Shown piece by piece: positions 1 to 8,603 of a DNA stretch of 64,000 nucleotides (position 1 is the first letter of the stretch; the number at the start of each line of letters is the position of its first letter). The DNA is from a virus, in the IMG/VR virus record IMGVR_UViG_3300037189_022865, positions 26,597 through 90,596 of that record; one strand, given 5' to 3'. Below the pieces are notes generated by a model. That model did not search any database. It saw only the letters and a list, made by a program, of their open reading frames with translations, and was not told the DNA's origin. The translations under genes were made by a program, and so were the position numbers.

Positions 1-2
1 TC

Positions 3-992
3 TTCGTTACGTTCTCCAAGAGTACCCCGGAGTTTGATGAAGAAATTTCCCTTGAAATCGGCGTCACGTACGTACTTATTGATCGTGTGGTAAACCCGGA
101 AGCTGAGTATCAACCCTATACTCTGATGGACACTCTCCCTGTTGCCGAGTCAATGGTGCTCTTCTACAAAAAAGAGTGTCATACAGAGTGCATCATGGGC
201 CTTATGTCGGACACTAAACAGATTCTGAGTAATTTGAAGCGGGTTGAGACAAAGGCACCATCTCGGCAGGGAAAAGTTCTTGTCCATCGCTGGGCTGACG
301 TAGGTCTTTCTTACAGTTACGAAAACTTCGTGGCGGTTCCTGAAGACTTCATCAAGATCGTGTACAATGGTACTCTGAAAGGCGTGAATGGTACATTCAA
401 ACCCAATGTACTGATCACTCGATTGGTAGAGCATTGGGCTGCAGCTGAAACTACAGCAAACCTGTTCATTCACGGCATGGCAGGCACTGGTAAATCAACT
501 CTTCTGAAGATTCTAGCCAATGCATGCTCTTCTTTAGAGAAGAAAGTGCACATAGTTATGATGGCTGGCAATCAGTCAGGCGTGATCACTTCAGCTTCTT
601 TCAGGAATGAGATCAATCGCCTTACCGCAGACGGAACTCCTGTTGTCATCTTTATCGACGAGATGGTTCCGACCAATCACCAAACGCTCGCAGCACTCAG
701 AAACATCCTTGATGGCACTGATCGACTTGACAAAACTGCGTTTGTAGTTTGCAGTAATGCTAAGCCAGAAGATTTCGGTGACGCATTTACCCGTGCGGGC
801 CGTTTCGATGTTGTCATCGAGACTCTGCCCTTCACTGACGAAGCCAGTGCACAAGCCTTGTACAACTATCTCAGGCAGGAAAACCCAAAGAAAGTTTGGG
901 CTCCTTTTGAGTGGAAAGAGAACTTGACTCTCAGCGGAGTAGCTCAGCTCGGTACGTGGAAGTCCTTGGCGGAAACTTTGACAGTACAATAA
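3..992 (+). CDS. AAA+ ATPase (5' truncated by window edge)
   Basis: Walker A GMAGTGKS, Walker B IFIDE, sensor CSN, arginine finger RAGRFD; frame open back to base 3. Confidence 0.85.
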   Translation, partial: FVTFSKSTPEFDEEISLEIGVTYVLIDRVVNPEAEYQPYTLMDTLPVAESMVLFYKKECHTECIMGLMSDTKQILSNLKRVETKAPSRQGKVLVHRWADVGLSYSYENFVAVPEDFIKIVYNGTLKGVNGTFKPNVLITRLVEHWAAAETTANLFIHGMAGTGKSTLLKILANACSSLEKKVHIVMMAGNQSGVITSASFRNEINRLTADGTPVVIFIDEMVPTNHQTLAALRNILDGTDRLDKTAFVVCSNAKPEDFGDAFTRAGRFDVVIETLPFTDEASAQALYNYLRQENPKKVWAPFEWKENLTLSGVAQLGTWKSLAETLTVQ

Positions 993-1012
993 ACCTGTAT
1001 TTCTCCAAACCA

Positions 1013-1047
1013 AGAGGGGTGTCGTAAAAGATGCCCCTCTAACTTTT
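1013..1047 (+). terminator. Probable intrinsic terminator
   Basis: Stem AGAGGGGTGTC / GATGCCCCTCT with 6-nt loop, then AACTTTT, just after a stop codon. Confidence 0.6.
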
Positions 1048-1052
1048 AAATT

Positions 1053-1712
1053 ATGAAAAGACTGATACGAGTCGGGGATTCAGTCATTATCGGTGGTGAT
1101 GGCGTAGTTACAAAAACCCGACATTTTAAAGGCTCAAGTGTAACCTACGATAAAGAAGTAGATCTTGTAGTAGGCGAACTTACAATAGTTTCTTATAACA
1201 TGCATTTACAAAGCGTAACAGCAGTTGATACTAACGGTGAGAAAGTAGAAATTCCTTTCAGCATTCAACCCCTTCGCATCGGTCCTTATGGCTTTGAGAG
1301 TTATTTACATCCAAGTATGCTAAAGTTTTCTCATTCAGGTTTTATAGAAGCTTTAAGTGATAATAATTTGTGTATACATAGAGTTACTGGTCAGAAGTGT
1401 AGACTAATCTTAGACTCTGACTTTATTAATACAGGTTCATTTAGACTAGAAGCCATAACTGGTCCTGAAAAAACATCTAGATCTTTTAAATCAGAGAAAT
1501 GGGATAGAAGAACTTTACGAGATTACTTGGATTCTATTAAAGGTAAAGTGATTAAGGGAAAAGCTAAAATAGGGTATTTAATCTACAAAGATGCTTGTCA
1601 TGAAAGCGTTCTAGTGAATCCCGGTGAAGATTTAGTTGTAGTACTCGTATTTGAAGACGGTACCGCAATGAGCCTCCCCTACAAAAACTTTCAATCGGTA
1701 AAATGGAAATAA
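1053..1712 (+). CDS. Hypothetical protein
   Basis: 219-aa ORF with A-rich upstream region; tiles with neighbours. Confidence 0.7.
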   Translation: MKRLIRVGDSVIIGGDGVVTKTRHFKGSSVTYDKEVDLVVGELTIVSYNMHLQSVTAVDTNGEKVEIPFSIQPLRIGPYGFESYLHPSMLKFSHSGFIEALSDNNLCIHRVTGQKCRLILDSDFINTGSFRLEAITGPEKTSRSFKSEKWDRRTLRDYLDSIKGKVIKGKAKIGYLIYKDACHESVLVNPGEDLVVVLVFEDGTAMSLPYKNFQSVKWK

Positions 1713-2236
1713 CCATCCATCACCCTTCAAGTAGTGGTGAAAAACGAATAAAGCGAATAGTTGGCGTAACGGACGCAATGTTAGACTATGGTCACGAGAT
1801 AAACGAGACAATAGTACCAGCTATTCGCATTGAATCTACTCAAGCGCGTCCGTACTATGTCTCTGGTATAGAGCTCACTGCTCTAGAGACGTTATTTATT
1901 TACATTAAAGCCAATATATCCCTCAATAAAAATACAGTGATACCTCTTGATGTTTTCGATCCGGATACAAATAAAGAGGTAAAGCCCATGAGTATTTCTC
2001 AATATCTTAACGCGATTAAGTGGCAAAGATTTTCTAGAACAGAGGCCTTTGCAATCTTTTGCACTGAAGACATCCGCTCAATGACACACGGTAAATTCAA
2101 TCCCGTTAAAAGAGCGGCTAGAGAAAGAAAAGAAACAATCATTGAACTGTGGAGACACCGTCTCCCAACAACTCAAGCAGATGTGTCTAAAAAAGAGTAT
2201 TTTACTGCTTTGCTCAGTGAGCATATTGTCCTGTAG
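1703..2236 (+). CDS. Hypothetical protein
   Basis: 177-aa ORF overlapping the previous gene by 10 nt. Confidence 0.7.
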   Translation: MEITIHHPSSSGEKRIKRIVGVTDAMLDYGHEINETIVPAIRIESTQARPYYVSGIELTALETLFIYIKANISLNKNTVIPLDVFDPDTNKEVKPMSISQYLNAIKWQRFSRTEAFAIFCTEDIRSMTHGKFNPVKRAARERKETIIELWRHRLPTTQADVSKKEYFTALLSEHIVL

Positions 2237-2597
2237 CGATGACGGAAAAGAATACGACCTAGCGTCGTTTGCCCCAGTACCACTGGATTCCGTTCAAGTC
2301 GCTCCCCAACCTGCGAGCCGCAATTTCACAATCTCTCCTCCAAGTATTGACGGTAAAAGCTGCAAAGAATACACGATGAGCATCCAGCTCTATGTCAAAC
2401 AAGACTCCGTGCGCAGCTACACACTCACCACCAGCTGTGGAAATCCTATCGCTAAGAAGGAATACAAAATTGAGCCTGGCGATACCAAAGAAAAGATCGC
2501 TAAAAGAGTCTCTAAAGACTTAGGCATTACCATCCCACCGTCAAGTATTTCCAACAAACTTCCGCTTAAAAGAGGCGAAAAAATCACATTTCAATGA
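2181..2597 (+). CDS. Putative lipoprotein with C-terminal LysM-like domain
   Basis: Signal and lipobox MCLKKSILLLCSVSILS-C-SDD; C-terminal YKIEPGDTKEKIAKR...LKRGEKI resembles LysM; ends at TGA in an ATGA overlap. Confidence 0.55.
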   Translation: MCLKKSILLLCSVSILSCSDDGKEYDLASFAPVPLDSVQVAPQPASRNFTISPPSIDGKSCKEYTMSIQLYVKQDSVRSYTLTTSCGNPIAKKEYKIEPGDTKEKIAKRVSKDLGITIPPSSISNKLPLKRGEKITFQ

Positions 2598-3040
2598 TGC
2601 AGTACTGGTTCACAAGTACATCTTCTTCTTGGGAAAAATCTCGCGCTGAGATAGAACTTGAGTTAGAGGACTATAATATCGAATTTAATAACAATAAAAA
2701 TTGCTCCAGAAAACAAACGAAGAAGCGTGACATTTTCAAAAAACGAAAGCACATCACCGACAAAGTAAAACAAAGAGTCGTTCAAGATGACACTATTCAA
2801 GACGTGGATTCTGCTGTTCTGGAAGCAATTATCTGGGGGGATCAATACCTCCGGTATAAACTTTCCCAAACCTATGGAAATAAACGAAAAAACGCTTCTG
2901 AAGTTAGGAGTCGATTCATTAAACAACGCCAGGGCGGAGGCCTTCCCGTTCCGGAATGGAGTTGGGAAGACGTACGTCGAAATCGAACTGTTCCTAACCA
3001 GCAAACTGGGAATAGCGATAGAAGAAGAGTTGTATTATAG
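2594..3040 (+). CDS. Hypothetical protein
   Basis: 148-aa ORF with ATGA start overlap; 3' end overlaps the next gene extensively. Confidence 0.5.
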   Translation: MMQYWFTSTSSSWEKSRAEIELELEDYNIEFNNNKNCSRKQTKKRDIFKKRKHITDKVKQRVVQDDTIQDVDSAVLEAIIWGDQYLRYKLSQTYGNKRKNASEVRSRFIKQRQGGGLPVPEWSWEDVRRNRTVPNQQTGNSDRRRVVL

Positions 3041-3233
3041 GAAAAATACTCCTAGGTACAAATTCACTTTCTACAAACCAAGTATCTTACACCTCATCCA
3101 AACTGACGGAACTAGGCAAGATGCTTACAAACGTGGAATCAAACGATGTTTTCTCCTTCTAAAAAGAATGCACAAAAAGCATTCATCGCAAACCCATACG
3201 GATTCCACCTCGCAGAGCACGTCTACAAAATAA
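2874..3233 (+). CDS. Hypothetical protein
   Basis: Likely start at ATG 2874 (MEINEK) within track ORF 2787-3233. Confidence 0.55.
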   Translation: MEINEKTLLKLGVDSLNNARAEAFPFRNGVGKTYVEIELFLTSKLGIAIEEELYYRKNTPRYKFTFYKPSILHLIQTDGTRQDAYKRGIKRCFLLLKRMHKKHSSQTHTDSTSQSTSTK

Positions 3234-3706
3234 GAATGTTGTTTTTGCGTTATGGTTGGCAAGTTCAACTTCTGGAAACAGAGACACGAACGTATCATCC
3301 GAATTGCGTGCTAATAATACCAGATACCGGTGGCATCAATACCAACGTGAGTTACTTCAAAACTCCCGCTCCAGGCATTCCGCCTCAAGATCAGGGCATA
3401 GAGTCCTTCCGGTTAAACAGTTTGCATTACTGGGTAAACAAAAAAGTGCCAATTATTGGCTTAGGTTACTCAGCTTTCCTTACCTTTGCAGAAGTTTGTG
3501 GAGGTAATCTGCTTTGCGGTTCTGACGGTCTATCCTTTATGCACCGAAAAGACGTGGATATTTACGAGACGAAATTCTTTGGCAAAAGAGCTGCTGGCTT
3601 TGTTGATTATCAAATTGACGAGAGTCTCATCAGCCTTGCCGAGTCCCTTCTTCCAAAGGAGGCACCGCCGGAGGACGAAGTATTGGTATCGGTGCCCATT
3701 TTATAA
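3146..3706 (+). CDS. Degenerate class I glutamine amidotransferase / peptidase C26-like protein
   Basis: LIIPDTGG..PPQDQGIE..KVPIIGLGYSA..GGNL follows the C26 layout, but the nucleophile Cys of GICRG is absent. Confidence 0.45.
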   Translation: MFSPSKKNAQKAFIANPYGFHLAEHVYKIRMLFLRYGWQVQLLETETRTYHPNCVLIIPDTGGINTNVSYFKTPAPGIPPQDQGIESFRLNSLHYWVNKKVPIIGLGYSAFLTFAEVCGGNLLCGSDGLSFMHRKDVDIYETKFFGKRAAGFVDYQIDESLISLAESLLPKEAPPEDEVLVSVPIL

Positions 3707-3708
3707 TA

Positions 3709-4020
3709 ATGGAAATTAATAAATCAATAGCTGTTTACGTTCGCGACCGAGTGTGAGTTTTGCGACGTAAAAAAGATCTTTTACCTTTAAATGTGAGTTA
3801 TACTGTTGACGGTCTTAAATGGACCGCAAACAAAATGGGGAAATCCCTGTTTTATAAGAATGCTCGTGTTTTCAAAGGTAGAATAATCTCAGAAGACGGA
3901 CCATTAGTTGAGAATCCAGATGTGTTCTATGAACCATTTGATGCGATAGATCACTATAATCTGGATCTGAGAAAAGCCGAACTAAGGAATTTAGATAAAG
4001 CATTAAAGATGCTATACTAA
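3709..4020 (+). CDS. Hypothetical protein (TGA=Trp at 3754)
   Basis: ATG 3709 follows the previous stop and is in frame with ORF 3760-4020 across one TGA. Confidence 0.65.
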
Positions 4021-4078
4021 ATAGGCTGCTTAGCCCCGATCTTAGAGAAGGGGTATTGTTACATTAAATGTATAAATT

Positions 4079-4684
4079 TTGGAAAATAATCGACTATACA
4101 AGGCCTTTATGGTAATCTCAACTATTATCGGGTTAGTTCTTACCTTAGGCTTGTTTCACAAAAACAACGATCTAAAAAAGGACTTTCTTGAAATAAAATC
4201 GCGTACTGATTCTATGGCCATAACCATAGATTCTATGCGGTTTGAGCTTAACAACCTTAGAGAAACCCACCCCTATCAAAACAAACGGTGGAAATCTAAG
4301 AGAACAGGTCTGTGTACCGAGGGCAATTTCTTTGGGTTTTTACTTTATACCCCAGTGGATACTAACATATCCTCTGAGTTCGCTATCGCTCTTTCTGATT
4401 GAAAGGGCCCAGTAGCTAAAGTAAATTCTGTGAGAAGGCACTCGAATTGTAAAAGTCAACATTACCACGGTAAAGCAATTGACTTAGCGTGGGATGAGAC
4501 TGTTATTGCCTTCTTACTATCCGAAGAAGGTAGGTCTTGGCTAAAAGAGCATGGGGTAACCTTCTATATAGAAGGCAAACCCGGGAGCAAAAAAGTACGT
4601 CGTTATCTTTACGATGAGGTTGCTTCTGAGTATGTATTCTTTAACCCCAATGCTAGCGGAGACCACATACATTTAAATATCTAA
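4079..4684 (+). CDS. Membrane-anchored peptidase M15-type peptidoglycan hydrolase (TGA=Trp at 4400)
   Basis: ORFs 4079-4402 and 4430-4684 are in frame; N-terminal TM plus coiled coil; catalytic NSVRR..SQHYHGKAID..DHIH. Confidence 0.8.
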
Positions 4685-4688
4685 TACT

Positions 4689-4718
4689 GATAGTGGGGGG
4701 AGAAATCCCCCCTTTATC
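4689..4718 (+). terminator. GC-rich hairpin, possible terminator
   Basis: GGGGGGA-GAAA-TCCCCCC then TTT, intergenic. Confidence 0.5.
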
Positions 4719-4729
4719 CATACTAAAAT

Positions 4730-4975
4730 ATGGAAGCTATCTTTTTTGTCCTCTTATCAACGATCGCAGGTTCGTTGTTTAAGCACTATCTGGAGCCCGT
4801 GGTGTTAAACAAAGCGGCTCATCTTTTCCCTCAATCTAATATCTTTAACACAAAACCAGAAACAAAAGTAGAACCTACGGAGTTTAATAACGTAAGGTTT
4901 AAGCGCACTATCAATGGATATACAACAATCTATGTTTCGAGTCCAACACGGACAGATACAACCTACGTCAGGTAA
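4730..4975 (+). CDS. Small membrane-associated hypothetical protein
   Basis: Hydrophobic N-terminus MEAIFFVLLSTIAGSLF. Confidence 0.5.
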   Translation: MEAIFFVLLSTIAGSLFKHYLEPVVLNKAAHLFPQSNIFNTKPETKVEPTEFNNVRFKRTINGYTTIYVSSPTRTDTTYVR

Positions 4976-6794
4976 AGAACTCACCAAAGAGATCAAGTCC
5001 TGAGACATAATAGCTTTAGATACAGAGGTAACTGGAGATTTTGATAATATCTTTGATAGAAGAATTGTCATGCTGCAGTTTGGTAACAAAGAAGTTCAGT
5101 ACATTATAGACACAAGGAAAGCGGACCCTACTAAGCTCCTCAAAGAATTATCCAAGAAAAAGATCATAGGTCACAACATTAAGTTCGACTACCAAGTTAT
5201 AAAGACTAACTATGGGATTGAGCTTGAAGATCTATTCGATACCATGCTTGCAGCACAAATACTGGAGTGTGGGATGGATGAGGAGAAGGGACATTTTACC
5301 CTAGAGCAAACCGCTAGACGCTACACAGGGTATCACTACTACTCCAATCAAGGTAACTTATTTATTCCAGCAGTTACCAAAAAGATAAGGAGTTCTTTTT
5401 CTAGTATAGGAGATAAACCGTTTGAGTTAGAGCAGCTCTATTATGGAGCTCTTGACGTTTCGGTTGCATATCTCTTGTATGAGAAACAGAAGATTCAGCT
5501 TGAGAAAAATGAGCTTGAGTCAACAGCAGAGCTAGAGTTCAACTTCGTGAAAGTTCTTGCTGATATGGAATTGAGTGGTGTATATCTCAACCAAAAACAG
5601 TGGTTAGAGAATTATCGCAACACACTACAACAAACCGAAGAATTGCGAAAGAAACTGGAGGAGTATCAACAACTAAACTGAAACTCCCACAAGCAGGTTT
5701 TACCTGTACTCAAAGAGCTTGGTGTTGACGTGTCGATTATAGACAAGAAAACAGGTGAGATAAAGGAGTCTGTATCTCGCGAAGTCTTAAAGAAGCAAAC
5801 AGCTAAGGCTGGTATTCTGAAGACTTATCTTGACTATAAGCTTTCCCAAAAGGAATCATCTACCTATGGTGAAAAGTTTTTAAGGCACGTCAACCCAACT
5901 TCTCAAAGAGTTCACTCTTCTTATATGCAAATTATGAGAACTGGAAGAACTTCTTCTACTTCCCCTAATTGTCAATCTATTAAGAGGGGATCTATATACC
6001 GATCAGCATTTCAAGCTGAAGAAGGTAATACCTTTGTAGGTGCAGACTTCTCTAATATAGAAGCAAGGATACTCGCTGATAAGTCTAATGACGAAAACTT
6101 TATTAACATCTTTATAAACAATGGTGATTACCATTTAGAAACTGCTAAGCTAGCTTTTGATAATCCTAATCTAACCAAAGGATCTGAAGAAAGACAGTTA
6201 GCAAAGACTATTAACTTCGCAATTGCTTTTGGTGCTGGAGCTAAGAAAGTATCAGAAGGTGCTGGAGTTACTTTACAGAAAGGAAAAGAACTATTAAATA
6301 AAGTTTATACTGCTTTCCCAAAACTTAGTCCTTACTTTATAGAGATGGGTAATCTCACAAGGGAAAGAGGATATGTTGTGTGTAATGAAGTATCAAAAAG
6401 AAGAAGTTATATACCGTTTTATAATGAATACTTAGAAGCTAAGAAACATTATAACTACTTTAAAGCAATGGGTTGGGATCCTCATCCTACTATTGCATCA
6501 GCATATAAAACTTGGGATTCTAAAATACAAAGATGGTCACAAAACTTGCCTGTCCAAGCTACCGCTGCTGACATAGCAAAAGCCACCTGTATAGAACTCA
6601 GAGAGAAGTCTAAAAAAATTCCATTCAATCTCGTTTTATTCGTACATGACGAAGTTGTAGTAGAGTGCGAAAAAGAACGCGCAAACACTATATCTAAGCT
6701 TATTGAAAAAACAGGATTAGAATGCTCGAAAAAATTCCTGAATCATTTAACAGTCCCTGCAGAAGCACACGTATCTTCGCAGTGGGAAAAGTAA
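4914..6794 (+). CDS. polA: Family A DNA polymerase with 3'-5' exonuclease, 626 aa (TGA=Trp at 5001, 5679)
   Basis: ExoI ALDTE, ExoII HNIKFD, ExoIII YGALD, LN[W]NSHKQV, motif A DFSNIE, motif B RQLAKTINF, motif C HDE; fragments share one frame. Confidence 0.95.
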
Positions 6795-6798
6795 AACC

Positions 6799-7896
6799 AT
6801 GAACGAAGCAACTTTCTTTTTCGTCGTCAGTATTGCGGCTTTGGTCGCAGCACTAGCGTTCTTCTTTTACCGAGCTAAGAAAGACCCAGAAAATAAAGGT
6901 CTAGAGCCCGGTGCTATTCTTATAAAATTCTTTATAAAGTATCCTCTAACGGTGTTTATTACGATGCAGTTGGTTGCCATGATTTCAGAGGCAGCTCTTC
7001 TTGCATCTATTCCAGAGACACTGCTGAATGTAAGTGCAAGTATGGCAACGCATATGTTTATTGCGTTAGTCGGTGCACTGGGTGCATTTATGTTAACAAA
7101 ATACTTGGGTTCTTTTGTCTCCGCTTTCTTTAGTAAAGAAAAGTTTCCAGTGAAGATTTCTGTTATCATGTTAACTTTATGTTTATCCATGATTTCTTTG
7201 GTCTTTACCTTGGGTTCCCCGGTATACAATCTCTATGCAATGGCATCAAGATTACACCAAGTTCCACAACTTGAACTCTATCTTACCAGTCTTCAAGTAG
7301 AGTATCTGAATATGGACCCAAGAGTACTTGCCAAACTCATGCAGATACACAAAGTTCCGCTAGACTATTCTCCATTTCAGGCACTTCATCCCGGCATTGT
7401 AACTTCACTTGCATTATCTACCGCTCACATTTTTATTACAGTGTGGGAGGTATTGGTATCTCTTTTGTACGCATTGAAGAATGACGGCATTCAGCACGCA
7501 ATTCTCGGCGACTTTGCGAATACTCCGCCTAGAAAAGAAGAGAAGAAAGAGGAAAAGAAGGAAGAGAAGAAGGAAGAGAAGAAGGAAGAAAAGAAAGAGG
7601 AGAAGAAAGAGGAAAACATTGATGCTACCAAAGTTAAGGACAAGGTACAAGAGCTTCTCAAAATTCACGGTATGACCGATCCAAAGAGGATTGAGGATAC
7701 AGCTCAGAAACTTGTTCCTTACATCTACAAACAGGCTGATGCTGGTTCAGTGAAGAAAGTCGCTGACCTTATGAACTTCATTCACAAGTATCGTGAGGCA
7801 GAGAAGAACAAACAAAACACTCAACCTATTAAGGATGAGATTCACGAACTCGTAAAGGGCCTGACTAACGGCAGTTTCACCTTACCAAAAAACTAA
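6799..7896 (+). CDS. Multi-pass membrane protein with (KKEE)n charged helix
   Basis: About five hydrophobic segments, KKEE repeat, ends PKN-TAA on a slippery heptamer. Confidence 0.8.
   Translation: MNEATFFFVVSIAALVAALAFFFYRAKKDPENKGLEPGAILIKFFIKYPLTVFITMQLVAMISEAALLASIPETLLNVSASMATHMFIALVGALGAFMLTKYLGSFVSAFFSKEKFPVKISVIMLTLCLSMISLVFTLGSPVYNLYAMASRLHQVPQLELYLTSLQVEYLNMDPRVLAKLMQIHKVPLDYSPFQALHPGIVTSLALSTAHIFITVWEVLVSLLYALKNDGIQHAILGDFANTPPRKEEKKEEKKEEKKEEKKEEKKEEKKEENIDATKVKDKVQELLKIHGMTDPKRIEDTAQKLVPYIYKQADAGSVKKVADLMNFIHKYREAEKNKQNTQPIKDEIHELVKGLTNGSFTLPKN
7531..7616 (+). repeat. 86-nt pure-purine tandem repeat encoding KKEE units
   Basis: Only A/G, 12-nt period with synonymous variation. 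Confidence 0.9.
7887..7893 (+). promoter_or_regulatory. Putative -1 ribosomal frameshift heptamer A_AAA_AAC
   Basis: X_XXY_YYZ heptamer in the correct phase just before TAA; the -1 frame is open to 8603. Confidence 0.7.
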
Positions 7897-8603
7897 CGGG
7901 CGTAACGTGTGACTATTGTAACAACACTAAAGTAAAATCGGTGTACGCTAATACAACTAATCCATGGAAAGATTTTTACCATGGGGACTGTAGAAGCTGC
8001 TTCGAGGTTAGGTGGCTAGACGCTGCGGGGATATGTGAGAAGTGTAATAGAGGCAATTCAAAACTCTCTTTACGTACTGTAAACATTTGCGATAGTTGTA
8101 TTACTGCAAATAAAATATCCCCAATATGCAAAAGATGTGCTTCAATCGTTGAAGAATATGCTGAAGGTACTACTGAATGTATACAGTGTGCTTACGGTAA
8201 AGACTTTAAACCTGATCCACAATACGCCACTGGTGTGTGTATACAATGCAAACGCGTTACGCACTTAGACGGTGATGAAACCTGCTTAAGCTGCCACATA
8301 ATAAATTCGGCGGCTAATGCGCAAAACAACGACTGGGGTAACCTAAAAAGATGCGGCTGTGGAGAAGTAATTCACAAGAAGCAAAAGGTATGTCCCAATT
8401 GTGCAAGCAAACCTGTAAATTTGCGTAAGGACAAGCTGTGTCACGGCTGTCAAACGCACTTCAAACCAATATCTATATACGACACCTTCTGCATACCTTG
8501 TAAAGAAAACATTCATCGAGGTGTGTGTACCTCTTGTAGAGAGCTTTCCAACTCTATGGACTCAAGGGGCTGGTGTTCTAAATGCCAATCATCTAATGGA
8601 TAA
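7893..8603 (+). CDS. Cys-rich multi Zn-ribbon domain, probably a frameshift extension of the 6799 gene
   Basis: 14 CxxC/CxC knuckles including CDYC, which lies upstream of the first usable start codon (GTG 7941). Confidence 0.75.
   Translation, partial: LTGVTCDYCNNTKVKSVYANTTNPWKDFYHGDCRSCFEVRWLDAAGICEKCNRGNSKLSLRTVNICDSCITANKISPICKRCASIVEEYAEGTTECIQCAYGKDFKPDPQYATGVCIQCKRVTHLDGDETCLSCHIINSAANAQNNDWGNLKRCGCGEVIHKKQKVCPNCASKPVNLRKDKLCHGCQTHFKPISIYDTFCIPCKENIHRGVCTSCRELSNSMDSRGWCSKCQSSNG

Noticed and set aside
7414-7675. Arg-rich ORF 7481-7675 and Leu/Phe-rich antisense ORF 7414-7668
   Set aside because: Alternative-frame shadows of the KKEE repeat
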